A stretch of 64,000 nt of DNA from Bacteroidota bacterium. Lineage in GTDB: Bacteria > Bacteroidota > Bacteroidia > Flavobacteriales_D > Sanyastnellaceae. This document shows positions 16,137 through 24,547 of the stretch, one piece after another (position 1 is the stretch's first letter; every line of letters starts with the position of its first letter). The stretch lies in assembly GCA_027621555.1 (NCBI GenBank), contig JAQCBJ010000002.1, positions 30,796 through 94,795 of the forward strand, read 5' to 3'. The position numbers and the translations under genes are program-made. The notes below the pieces were generated by a model. It was given only the letters and a program-made list of their open reading frames with translations, did not search any database and had not been told where the DNA came from.

Positions 16137-16733
16137 TCATTTGCGCAGGAACTGAAACCGACCGTGTTCGTCGAAGGCCACCATCATGCTGGGCACGCCT
16201 GAACCTGGGGGCTCATCCCGGCGGTGGGCGCTGACGTGATTCACTCCGGTCTTCAACTCTGCAGGCACGTCGCGAAAACTTCTAGGAGTGGGGCCGCCAG
16301 TGAGGTTGGCGCTTGTGGAAGCGATGGGTTTGCCCAACCCGCGAATGATGTAGGTGGTGTAGTCTTCGCGGATGCACCGAATGGCCAAACTGCCGTTGGC
16401 TCCTTTGAGCAAGTCAGACACGCCTTTCCCCGAAGGGTACACCACGGTGGTGGGGCGGTCGGAATGTTCCATCAAGTCCCACGCGGCCTCGGGAACCTCG
16501 TCGACCAGCTGCTCGACGTGACCTTCGTCCGCGACAAGCACGAGGACAGGGTGTTCGGGGTGACGGGCCTTCAAGGCATTGAGTCGCTTGACGGCTTCGT
16601 CGTTGGTGGCGTCGCATGCCAAGCCCCAAACCGTGTCTGTGGCGTGAAGAAGGATGCCACCCTCGCGTAGCACGCGCACGGCTTGGCGCGCGTCGTCATG
16701 CCAAGGTTCAGAGCGTTTGCTTCGGCCACCCAC
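16137..16733 (-). CDS. tsaC: L-threonylcarbamoyladenylate synthase (TsaC/YrdC family)
   Basis: ILLHATDTVWGLACDATNDEAVKRLNALK and ASTSANLTG motifs. Confidence 0.85.
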   Translation of the reverse strand: MGGRSKRSEPWHDDARQAVRVLREGGILLHATDTVWGLACDATNDEAVKRLNALKARHPEHPVLVLVADEGHVEQLVDEVPEAAWDLMEHSDRPTTVVYPSGKGVSDLLKGANGSLAIRCIREDYTTYIIRGLGKPIASTSANLTGGPTPRSFRDVPAELKTGVNHVSAHRRDEPPGSGVPSMMVAFDEHGRFQFLRK

Positions 16734-16734
16734 G

Positions 16735-17685
16735 TCAGTGCGCGTTTTCGCGGAGCCACGTTTCCACCGCCTCGGCTACGCGGGAGTGCGGGTCGGGGTG
16801 GTCGTCTCCTCGGAAGTCCTTGCCGGTGACTTTCTCGTACAGCTCCACGTAGCGCTGGGTCACGGTGTCGAGGAAATCGTCGTCCATGTGAGGCGGCGTT
16901 TGGCCGTCCTTGCCCATGAAATTGTGAGCCATCAACCACTCGCGAACAAACTCCTTGCTCAGCTGCTTTTGGGGCTCCCCGGCGGCCTGCCGGCGCTCGT
17001 ACCCCTCTGCGTAGAAATAACGGGAGCTGTCAGGGGTGTGAATCTCGTCGATCAGCGTCAGGACACCGTTACGAAGGCCAAACTCGTACTTCGTGTCCAC
17101 CAAGATCAACCCTTGCTCTGCCGCGAGTTCCGTGCCGCGCTTGTACAAAGCACGGGTGACGCGCTCCAGTTCGGCCCACATCTCAGGAGAGACGATGCCA
17201 CGGGCCAGAATGTCGGCTGGGGCGATGTCTTCGTCGTGGCCTTCCTCGGCCTTGGTGGCCGGGGTGATGATGGGCTCAGGGAACCGGTCGTGCTCCTTCA
17301 TGCCCTCTGGCATGGCCGCGCCACACAATTCGCGGTGACCTGCCTTGTACTGGCGCCAAGCGTGGCCAGTGAGGTAGCCGCGGATGACCATTTCCAACCG
17401 GATGGGCTCGCACTTGTGGCCCACGGTCACATTGGGGTCTGGGGTCGCCAATTTCCAGGTTGGAACAATGTCGGTCACCGCATCGAGGAAATGGCTGGCC
17501 ACCCCGTTGAGCACTTGGCCTTTGAACGGGATGCCGCGCGGCATGACCACGTCAAAAGCGCTGATGCGGTCGGACACCACGGCCACCATCAAATCGTCGC
17601 CAATGGTGTACATGTCGCGCACCTTTCCAAAGTACGCATTTGTTTGTCCAGAAAACTGAAAATCAGTGTTTCGAATGGCTTTCAT
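16735..17685 (-). CDS. purC: Phosphoribosylaminoimidazole-succinocarboxamide synthase (long form)
   Basis: 316 aa with SAICAR synthetase motifs (GKVRDMY, SDRISAFD, LILVDTKYEFG). Confidence 0.92.
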   Translation of the reverse strand: MKAIRNTDFQFSGQTNAYFGKVRDMYTIGDDLMVAVVSDRISAFDVVMPRGIPFKGQVLNGVASHFLDAVTDIVPTWKLATPDPNVTVGHKCEPIRLEMVIRGYLTGHAWRQYKAGHRELCGAAMPEGMKEHDRFPEPIITPATKAEEGHDEDIAPADILARGIVSPEMWAELERVTRALYKRGTELAAEQGLILVDTKYEFGLRNGVLTLIDEIHTPDSSRYFYAEGYERRQAAGEPQKQLSKEFVREWLMAHNFMGKDGQTPPHMDDDFLDTVTQRYVELYEKVTGKDFRGDDHPDPHSRVAEAVETWLRENAH

Positions 17686-17693
17686 TCAAGAAA

Positions 17694-18734
17694 TTATGAA
17701 AGTGAAGAGGGGGGAGTTCGGGATTCTTCAGAACGCGCGACGCGTTCGGCGCGCTTCGCTTCGCGTCGGGCCTCGGCTTCCTCAGCGCGACGTGCGTCGT
17801 CGGCATCAAAGCGATCCACGATGGAACTGACGAGGCGGTGGCGAATGATGTCCATTCCCGTCAAGCGCACCGTGGCAATGCCTTCCACGTCTTCCAACAG
17901 ACGCAGCGCGTCGAGCAGGCCGGAACGTTGGTTTCGGGGGAGGTCGACCTGGGAGCCGTCGCCCGTGATGACAAATTTGGCATCCCGGCCCATGCGGGTC
18001 AGGAACATGCGCATTTGGGCGGAGGTCGCGTTTTGGGCTTCGTCGAGGATGACAAACGCCTTGTCCAGCGTCCGCCCACGCATGAAGGCGAGCGGAGCCA
18101 CTTCGATGACGCCCTTTTCCATGTGGTCGGCCACGCGCTCGTACGGCAGCATGTCGGTCAGGGCATCGTACAACGGCTGGAGGTAGGGGTCGAGCTTTTC
18201 CTTCAAGTCGCCTGGCAAGAAACCGAGGTTTTCACCCGCCTCGACCGCGGGACGGGTGAGGATGATCTTGCGCACGCGGCGGTCCTTGAGGGCGGCCACA
18301 GCCATGGCCACGGCCGTGTAGGTCTTTCCAGAACCGGCGGGCCCGACGGCAAACACCATGTCGTTGTCGCGAATGGCCTCCACGAGCCGACGCTGGTTGG
18401 GCGTGCGGGCTGAGACCTTGAGCCCGCCTGGTCCGTACACAATCACGTCGTCGTGAGAAGCGTGTTGCATGAGGGAGGCCTCTTCGGTTTTGGTGAGCCG
18501 CTCAATGTCGTCCTCGCCAATGGTGTTGTAGCGATCGACATGCCAAATCACCATGCGCATCACTTCCTCGAACCGTCCGAGGTCTTCGCGGTCGCCCATG
18601 GCCTTGAGTTCGGTGCCTCTTGCGACGATGCGCAGTTTGGGGAATCGGGCCTGCAAAGCGCGCAGATTCGCGTTCCCTTGACCAAGGAAAGCCATCAGGT
18701 CGAGACCTTCGAGCGAAAGAATGGTTTCGTGCAT
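17694..18734 (-). CDS. phoH: PhoH-like ATPase
   Basis: VFAVGPAGSGKTYTAVA Walker A, ILTRPAVEAGENLGFLPGD, VILDEAQN. Start taken at ATG 18734; the long track extension to 19289 overlaps the divergent gene. Confidence 0.9.
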   Translation of the reverse strand: MHETILSLEGLDLMAFLGQGNANLRALQARFPKLRIVARGTELKAMGDREDLGRFEEVMRMVIWHVDRYNTIGEDDIERLTKTEEASLMQHASHDDVIVYGPGGLKVSARTPNQRRLVEAIRDNDMVFAVGPAGSGKTYTAVAMAVAALKDRRVRKIILTRPAVEAGENLGFLPGDLKEKLDPYLQPLYDALTDMLPYERVADHMEKGVIEVAPLAFMRGRTLDKAFVILDEAQNATSAQMRMFLTRMGRDAKFVITGDGSQVDLPRNQRSGLLDALRLLEDVEGIATVRLTGMDIIRHRLVSSIVDRFDADDARRAEEAEARREAKRAERVARSEESRTPPSSLS

Positions 18735-18742
18735 GTGGAGGA

Positions 18743-18750
18743 CAAAAGTA
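18743..18750 (-). promoter_or_regulatory. -7 box TACTTTTG, 8 nt upstream of the phoH ATG
   Basis: The minus strand reads gcTACTTTTGtcctccacATG. Confidence 0.45.
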
Positions 18751-18757
18751 GCTTTCT

Positions 18758-18765
18758 CACCTTTG
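18758..18765 (+). promoter_or_regulatory. -7-like box CACCTTTG, 5 nt upstream of GTG 18771
   Basis: Reads CACCTTTG-cgttc-GTG. Confidence 0.3.
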
Positions 18766-18770
18766 CGTTC

Positions 18771-19592
18771 GTGACTCCGATCACCCTCATCAGCGATTTT
18801 GGGGCCGACAGCATGTACGTCGGCTTGCTCAAGGGCAGCATTCTTAAGCGCATGCCCGAGGCGCAGGTTGTGGATTTGACCCACAGCGTGCGCAAATTCG
18901 ACCCCGTTCACGCGGCGTTTGTGCTCCGTGCAGCGGTTCGCAGTTTCCCCAAGGGAACCGTCCACATCATCGCGGTGAATGCCGTGGAAACGCCCGACCA
19001 CCCGCACCGCATTGTCAAGATGCATGACCAGTATTTTATTGGCGCGGACACCGGCGTGTTCCAATTGATGGGGGCGAAGCAGCCGGAAGCGGTTTTTGAC
19101 CTCAGCGGAGTCCAAACCGACGAAGTCCTGCCCACCTTTCCCGAGCGCGCGATCTTTGTTCCCGCCGCGACGCACCTTGCCAAGGGTGGGATTCCGGAGA
19201 TGCTGGGCCGCCCTGCGGCGCTGGTGACGCAAGCCGAGAACGTCCGTCCCGTCATCGAAGGCACGGCCTTGGTGGGGCACGTTCGTCACGTGGACGAGCG
19301 CGGCAACTGCATCACAGACATCGACCGGGCCCTGTTCAAGGAAGCGGGCCGAGGTCGCCAGTTCTTCGTCAACATGCGCCGCGCTCGAAGCGACATTCGG
19401 CGCATCTGTACGACCTACCTCGAAGGCACCCCGGGCGAACCCGTCGCGGTGTTCAATTCCATGGGCCTCCTTGAAATCGCGATCTGCATGGGCGGTTCAG
19501 GAACGGGCTACGGGGGCGCCACAGAATTGCTGGGCCTGAAATTCGGCGATCCCGTTCGCATCGAGTTCGAATCCCAAGGCCCTGAGTTGTGA
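18771..19592 (+). CDS. SAM hydrolase / SAM hydroxide adenosyltransferase family protein (DUF62)
   Basis: ITLISDFGADSMYVGLLKG..., AVDPGVG-like region (HIIAVNAVETP), about 273 aa. A GTG start gives the usual family length. Confidence 0.75.
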   Translation: MTPITLISDFGADSMYVGLLKGSILKRMPEAQVVDLTHSVRKFDPVHAAFVLRAAVRSFPKGTVHIIAVNAVETPDHPHRIVKMHDQYFIGADTGVFQLMGAKQPEAVFDLSGVQTDEVLPTFPERAIFVPAATHLAKGGIPEMLGRPAALVTQAENVRPVIEGTALVGHVRHVDERGNCITDIDRALFKEAGRGRQFFVNMRRARSDIRRICTTYLEGTPGEPVAVFNSMGLLEIAICMGGSGTGYGGATELLGLKFGDPVRIEFESQGPEL

Positions 19593-19882
19593 TTGTTCGC
19601 GTCGTCCGCCTCACCCTCGAAGCGTCCAACCTCGACGCCTTTGACGCCCTGTTCCACCAACATCACTTGGCCATCGAATCCCAGCCGGGATGCCACGGCG
19701 TGGAGTTGCTGACAGACCCGGCCAACCGGTGCGTGCGCGGCACACTCAGCCGTTGGGAGTCTGAAAACGCCCTGAATGCCTACCGCGCCTCGGAACTCTT
19801 CGGTGTGGTTTGGCCTGCGACCAAGGCCTTGTTCAGCGATCGGCCCGAGGTGTGGTCGTACGAGGTGGTGGAGCGGAGGTAA
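19589..19882 (+). CDS. Antibiotic-biosynthesis-monooxygenase (ABM) fold protein
   Basis: 97 aa with a ferredoxin-like ABM pattern (VVRLTL...FDALF...IESQPGCHGVELL...SRWESENALNAYR). It has a 4-nt GTGA overlap with the upstream gene. Confidence 0.65.
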   Translation: MIVRVVRLTLEASNLDAFDALFHQHHLAIESQPGCHGVELLTDPANRCVRGTLSRWESENALNAYRASELFGVVWPATKALFSDRPEVWSYEVVERR

Positions 19883-19886
19883 GGTC

Positions 19887-19894
19887 TATCTTTG
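19887..19894 (+). promoter_or_regulatory. -7 box TATCTTTG, 11 nt upstream of ATG 19906
   Basis: Reads ggtcTATCTTTGgccctcgattcATG. Confidence 0.45.
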
Positions 19895-19905
19895 GCCCTC
19901 GATTC

Positions 19906-22359
19906 ATGCGAGCCCTCGTCCTCAAAGAAATCCAAAGCTTTTTCAGTTCGCTCCTCGGCTACACCGTGGTGGCGGTCTTCCTCCTGTTCACGAGCCTGTT
20001 TTTGTGGCTCTTTCCGGGAGGATGGAACATCTTGGACAGCGGCATGGCGTCGCTCGATCCGTTCTTCGCCATGGCGCCCTGGGTGCTCATGTTTCTCATT
20101 CCGGCCATCACGATGCGCTCGTTTGCCGAGGAGCATCGCGCGGGTACCCTCGAGCTCTTGTTGACTCGTCCGTTGACAGAAGGGCAGGTGGTCACGGCCA
20201 AATTCCTGGGCGCCTGGGCCGTAAGCCTCGCCGCACTCCTCCCGACACTGTCGTTTGTACTTGTCCTCGGGATGTTGGGCAAACCCGCCTGGAATTTGGA
20301 CCTCGGGGCCATTTGGGGTTCCTACCTCGGATTGGCAGTGTTCTCCGGCGCGCTCACCGGCATCGGTGTGGTGGCTTCAAGCCTGACCACGCAGCCTCTT
20401 GTGGCGTTCCTGTTGGCGATGCTGGCGTCCATCCTGGCCTATTTCGGCTTTGGCGCCGTGGCGGACTTCGCGTGGCTCGGCGGTTGGGAACGGGCTTTCG
20501 TCCAGCTGGGCATGGAGTCACATTTCGACGCGATGAGCCATGGCCGCCTCGATTCACGCGACGTCATCTACTTCGCGGCTTGGATGGCCGTTTCTGTCCT
20601 GATTTCGCGATTCGTCCTGGCCGTGCGGCGCGGCCGGTTGGTTCGGGAAGGCACCTCGCTTGCCCTGTCGACCGCAGTGGTGGCGGTGGTTGTGGTGCTG
20701 GGCCAGTTGCTCCATGGCGCAGCGGATTTGACAGCGGAGAAGCGTCACACGTTGGCCCAGGGCACGGTCGAATTGCTTGAAGGCCTTCAAGACGACGTGC
20801 TGATTACGTGCTACCTCGCCGGCGAATTGCCTCAGGAATGGAAGCGGTTGGAAGGAGAGGTGGAGTCGTTGCTTCAGCGGATGGTGCAGGCGAGCGACGG
20901 GCGTTTGTCCTATCAATTTGTGGACATCTACGAAGTGGATGACCCCCAAACCGTTGGCCAAAACGAACAAGCCCTCTTCGAACGCGGGCTGGAATTCACG
21001 CGCATTGCATTCGAAGAAAATGGGCGACAGGCCTTCCAAACGGTGTGGCCCGGCGCCATGATCTCCTTCCGGGGGGAGGAGACGCCCGTGCAGTTCTTCG
21101 GCAGCGAAGTGCCTCAGGCCGACCAGGCCATGATTCAAGGGTCCATCAACACGCTCGAATTCAACCTGTCCGCGGGCATTCGCCGCAGCACGGCATTCGA
21201 GCCCAAGAGCATTGCCATCCTCGAGGGCCACGGAGAACTGGAAGACATGGCCGTGGCCGATTTGGTGTCCAGCCTCGAAGAGGATCACCTCGTGGCTCGG
21301 GTGGAATTGGACGGCCGCTTGAATGTCCTGTCCGAGAAGCTTGAAGGGATGCGCTACCGCGTGAACCGGTACGACTTGTTGATCGTGGCGAAGCCTGACA
21401 GCGTGTTCCCTGAAAAAGACAAAGTCATCCTGGACCAATTCCTGATGAACGGTGGTCGGATTCTGTGGATGGTGGATCCCGTGGCGACTGACTTGGACAG
21501 CCTCCGCAATGCGCAGGAAACGTTTGGGGTGGAGAACGCCTTGGGGCTGTACCAGCAGCTGTTCGATTACGGCGTGCGGCTGAACCGCGACCTGATCATA
21601 GATCCGCAATGCGCGCCCATCATGTTGGACGCTGGTCCCATGGGCAACCAGCGCAACATGCAGCTCTTCAATTGGTACTTCGCACCCTTGGCGCTTCCGT
21701 TTGGGACGGGGCACCCCATCACCAACAACCTCGATCCGATCCACTTCGATTTTGTGTCGTCCATGGACGTGGTGAACACCCAAGAGGACGTGGAGGCGAC
21801 GGTGCTGCTGACGTCGAGCGAGCGCGCCAAGACGTACCGCGTTCCAGTGCGGATTTCGAGCGGCATCGTGGACCTCGACCCTTCGTATTTCGCCCAGGGC
21901 AACACGCCGAACGTGGCGTTTGCAACGCTTCTCGAAGGGTCATTCCGTTCTCATTTTGCCCAAACGCTTCCTGCCGCCTTGCGTGACGACGCTGACTTCG
22001 CGTTCCGGGAGCAAAGTGCGCCGACGGCCATGATCGTCATCTCTGACGGCGACGTGGCACGTAACAAATTCCGAGCGGACGGGCGCATCTTGCCGCTGGG
22101 CTACGACCGCTATGCCGGCAGGGTCGTGTACGACAACAAAGAATTTTTGCTCAACGCCATCAATTACCTGCTTCAAGAAGATGCGCTGATCAGCGTTCGT
22201 TCGCGCACCATTCTCCTTCGTCCGTTGGACGAGGAACGCATCCGTGCCGAGCGCAGCGGTTGGCAATTCGTGGCTGTCGGCATGCCCCTCCTTGTGGTCA
22301 TGCTGGTTGCCGGAGCAGTGTTGACCACGCGCCGTCGCTTGTTTGCGCAACGCGCCTAA
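19906..22359 (+). CDS. gldFG: Fused gliding-motility ABC transporter permease GldF (aa 1 to ~243) and GldG (aa ~244-817)
   Basis: The N-terminal part is an ABC-2 permease (MRALVLKEIQSFFSSLLGY...SFAEEHRAGTLELLLT). The rest is GldG-like (TM helix then DLTAEKRHTLAQ...). There is no stop codon across the junction near 20620-20650. Confidence 0.8.
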   Translation: MRALVLKEIQSFFSSLLGYTVVAVFLLFTSLFLWLFPGGWNILDSGMASLDPFFAMAPWVLMFLIPAITMRSFAEEHRAGTLELLLTRPLTEGQVVTAKFLGAWAVSLAALLPTLSFVLVLGMLGKPAWNLDLGAIWGSYLGLAVFSGALTGIGVVASSLTTQPLVAFLLAMLASILAYFGFGAVADFAWLGGWERAFVQLGMESHFDAMSHGRLDSRDVIYFAAWMAVSVLISRFVLAVRRGRLVREGTSLALSTAVVAVVVVLGQLLHGAADLTAEKRHTLAQGTVELLEGLQDDVLITCYLAGELPQEWKRLEGEVESLLQRMVQASDGRLSYQFVDIYEVDDPQTVGQNEQALFERGLEFTRIAFEENGRQAFQTVWPGAMISFRGEETPVQFFGSEVPQADQAMIQGSINTLEFNLSAGIRRSTAFEPKSIAILEGHGELEDMAVADLVSSLEEDHLVARVELDGRLNVLSEKLEGMRYRVNRYDLLIVAKPDSVFPEKDKVILDQFLMNGGRILWMVDPVATDLDSLRNAQETFGVENALGLYQQLFDYGVRLNRDLIIDPQCAPIMLDAGPMGNQRNMQLFNWYFAPLALPFGTGHPITNNLDPIHFDFVSSMDVVNTQEDVEATVLLTSSERAKTYRVPVRISSGIVDLDPSYFAQGNTPNVAFATLLEGSFRSHFAQTLPAALRDDADFAFREQSAPTAMIVISDGDVARNKFRADGRILPLGYDRYAGRVVYDNKEFLLNAINYLLQEDALISVRSRTILLRPLDEERIRAERSGWQFVAVGMPLLVVMLVAGAVLTTRRRLFAQRA

Positions 22360-22374
22360 TACCTTCCCCAAGCC

Positions 22375-23445
22375 ATGCACGCCAACCTTCGCATTTTGTA
22401 TGTCCTCATTGCCTTGACGGGAATCACGGCTGGGGTGTGGTGGTTCCAAGGGGGGAAGGGTGAATTGTCTCAAGTGGCCGGCACGGAGTTTGGGATTGAA
22501 GACACCTCCCTCGTCGACAAGATTTTCATTGCCGACATGGACGGAGGGCAAGTCACCTTGACTCGTCCAGAAAGCGGTCGACTGTGGGACCTCAACGGCA
22601 AGTACAAAGCCCGGGAAGATGCGGTCAAGCTCCTGCTCAAGACCTTCCGCCGAGCTTCTGTGCAAGGGCCGGTCGCCGAAGCCGCAAAACCCAACGTCAT
22701 CCGATTGCTCTCTGCTCGGGGAAAGAAGGTGGAGATTTACCAGGGCGGGGACCGCCCAGTCAAAACGTGGTACGTGGGCACGGCCACGCCGAGCCACACG
22801 GGGACCTACATGGTTCTCGAAACCCCAGAGGGCCGTGCTGCTGACCCCTATGTGGTGCACATGGAGGGATTCACCGGCTACCTGAGCACGAGGTTCTTTA
22901 CGTCGGAGCGAGAGTGGCGTCACACCGGCATTTTCAATTACCCCGATCGTTCCTTGGCGTCCATCGAAGTCCGGGTCCTTGAGGAAGAAGGGCAGTCCTA
23001 TGCCTTGCGCGCCTCAGAGTCGGGGAAGTTGGTGTTGTCGGACCTCGAAGGAAATCCGCTGCCTTACACCGACACGACGGGCGTGCAGGACCATTTCCTT
23101 CGCTTCAAAAAGGTGCACTTGGAAACGTACCGCTCGCGGTTGGAGCCGGAAGTGGAGGACAGCCTTCGCAACGCTTCAGCGGCGTTTGAGCTGACCGCTG
23201 TAGGACGCAGCGGTCGCCGTTCCGACGTCTACGTGCACTGGAAGCCTCGGACCGGGTTGGACCGAAATGCAGAAGGAGAGATGATGGAGCACGACGGCGA
23301 GCAGATGTACGGCGTCACGTCGAACGGCGAAGTTGTGTTGTTGCAGCGGTTTGTGTTCGACCCGTTGATTCGTCCGCTCAGCGAGCTTCAGAAAGCGCAG
23401 ATTCCACCTGTTGCGTCAGCAGGCTTGCCCATGCCGACCAACTGA
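22375..23445 (+). CDS. DUF4340-like protein (usual downstream partner of gldG)
   Basis: N-terminal anchor MHANLRILYVLIALTGITAGVWWF. The position directly after gldG matches the common Bacteroidota arrangement. TACCTTCC box at 22360-22367. Confidence 0.55.
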   Translation: MHANLRILYVLIALTGITAGVWWFQGGKGELSQVAGTEFGIEDTSLVDKIFIADMDGGQVTLTRPESGRLWDLNGKYKAREDAVKLLLKTFRRASVQGPVAEAAKPNVIRLLSARGKKVEIYQGGDRPVKTWYVGTATPSHTGTYMVLETPEGRAADPYVVHMEGFTGYLSTRFFTSEREWRHTGIFNYPDRSLASIEVRVLEEEGQSYALRASESGKLVLSDLEGNPLPYTDTTGVQDHFLRFKKVHLETYRSRLEPEVEDSLRNASAAFELTAVGRSGRRSDVYVHWKPRTGLDRNAEGEMMEHDGEQMYGVTSNGEVVLLQRFVFDPLIRPLSELQKAQIPPVASAGLPMPTN

Positions 23446-24499
23446 GGCGCTTTTTCACTTGCTCAAACGCCCCTTTCACATCTGCGGGCTGGGCATTCCA
23501 AGGTTGAGCCATGGCCTCCGCAAGGCCCTGCACGTCTCCTGGGGCGACGAGTCTCCCGGTCAACTCGGGCACCACGGTGGTGGCCAAATCCCCGACGTCT
23601 GACGCCACGACTCGCACTTCGTGGTGCAACGCCATGGCGGTCACGCCACTTTGCGAGGCTTGGGTGTAGGGCAACACGGCCGTGTCGGCGGCGCTGAAGT
23701 AGATGGGGACGAGGTTGTCGTCGATGAATTCGTTGTGGACGAGAACGCGTGATTCAAGCCCACGTTGGCGAATGAGCTCGGCGTAAGGTTCCCAAGGTCC
23801 GTAGCATTCCCCGGCCACCACAAGCTTGTGATTCGCAGGCAAGTCATTCATGGCTTCCAGCAACACAGAAAGTCCTTTGTAAGGGCGAATCAGCCCAAAA
23901 AACAAGTGCACCACGTCTTCCTTGCCTAAACCCAATTGGCGTCGCGCTTCGTCTTTTCTCGGACCGCGAGGCAGGTGGTCGTACAACGGATGAAACAGCG
24001 TCACAGGCGACCACTCCTGCAGGGCTTCGCTGACCGGTTCGCTGAGCGTGATGACGCCGTCCACCTGCCTCAGGAACCGCTGGGCGAGAATGCGATCCAT
24101 GCGTTTGCCGTCGTGGGACGTCGCGTTGTGCATCAGGGCCCAGACCTGTTTGGCTCCGTACTTTTTTGCGGATTTGGCCACCCCAGTGAGGGCGGGAGCC
24201 AAGGCGGCATGCCAAAACGGCAACACCACCACGTCACAACGCTCTGCGAGATGCCGACCGGTGCGGGACCAACTCGCCGGCGACAGGCTGTCCAACAGCG
24301 CGGGCATCTCCACATCACCGCGTCCCTTCTCAGGTTCCCACTGGGTGGTCCCGGGGAACAGGAAATCCGGGTATTGGCGAGACCAGGTCACGGTTTCTAC
24401 GGCATGGCCGTGCTCCCGGAGCGCACGAACGGCTGCCGCATTGAATTGTGCGATGCCGCCGCGGAAAGGAGGGAAGGTGGATGCCAGGCCCAAGCGCAT
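23378..24499 (-). CDS. Glycosyltransferase family 4 (GT-B fold)
   Basis: MRLGLASTFPPFRGGIAQFN... and a C-terminal E-x7-E-like region (VLPYTQASQSGVTAMAL). Its 3' end overlaps the convergent gene by 68 nt. Confidence 0.8.
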   Translation of the reverse strand: MRLGLASTFPPFRGGIAQFNAAAVRALREHGHAVETVTWSRQYPDFLFPGTTQWEPEKGRGDVEMPALLDSLSPASWSRTGRHLAERCDVVVLPFWHAALAPALTGVAKSAKKYGAKQVWALMHNATSHDGKRMDRILAQRFLRQVDGVITLSEPVSEALQEWSPVTLFHPLYDHLPRGPRKDEARRQLGLGKEDVVHLFFGLIRPYKGLSVLLEAMNDLPANHKLVVAGECYGPWEPYAELIRQRGLESRVLVHNEFIDDNLVPIYFSAADTAVLPYTQASQSGVTAMALHHEVRVVASDVGDLATTVVPELTGRLVAPGDVQGLAEAMAQPWNAQPADVKGAFEQVKKRLSWSAWASLLTQQVESALSEAR

Positions 24500-24535
24500 G
24501 CTGCAATTTGGGGCAAGAAGGTGTCACGACCAACC

Positions 24536-24543
24536 TATCTTCG
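24536..24543 (+). promoter_or_regulatory. -7 box TATCTTCG, 4 nt upstream of the thiolase ATG (predicted leaderless)
   Basis: Reads TATCTTCG-cttc-ATG(24548). Confidence 0.45.
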
Positions 24544-24547
24544 CTTC

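Noticed and set aside
18735-19289. Long N-terminal extensions in the ORF track. They affect phoH (to 19289), coaE (to 6255), rpe (from 5215), the thiolase (from 23936), recQ (to 56366), tpiA (from 56003), the 1484-aa protein (from 27820) and the 1493-aa protein (from 57711).
   Set aside because: The extensions overlap the neighbouring gene, and for the divergent pairs its promoter box. They have shadow-ORF composition. Internal starts give family-typical N-termini or signal peptides.
23378-23445. The 68-nt convergent overlap of DUF4340 and GT4 as evidence of a frameshift or pseudogene.
   Set aside because: Both ORFs are full length with intact family-like termini and no internal stops. Overlaps and 2-4-nt gaps are the norm for convergent pairs throughout this window. 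It is kept as part of the compaction finding instead.
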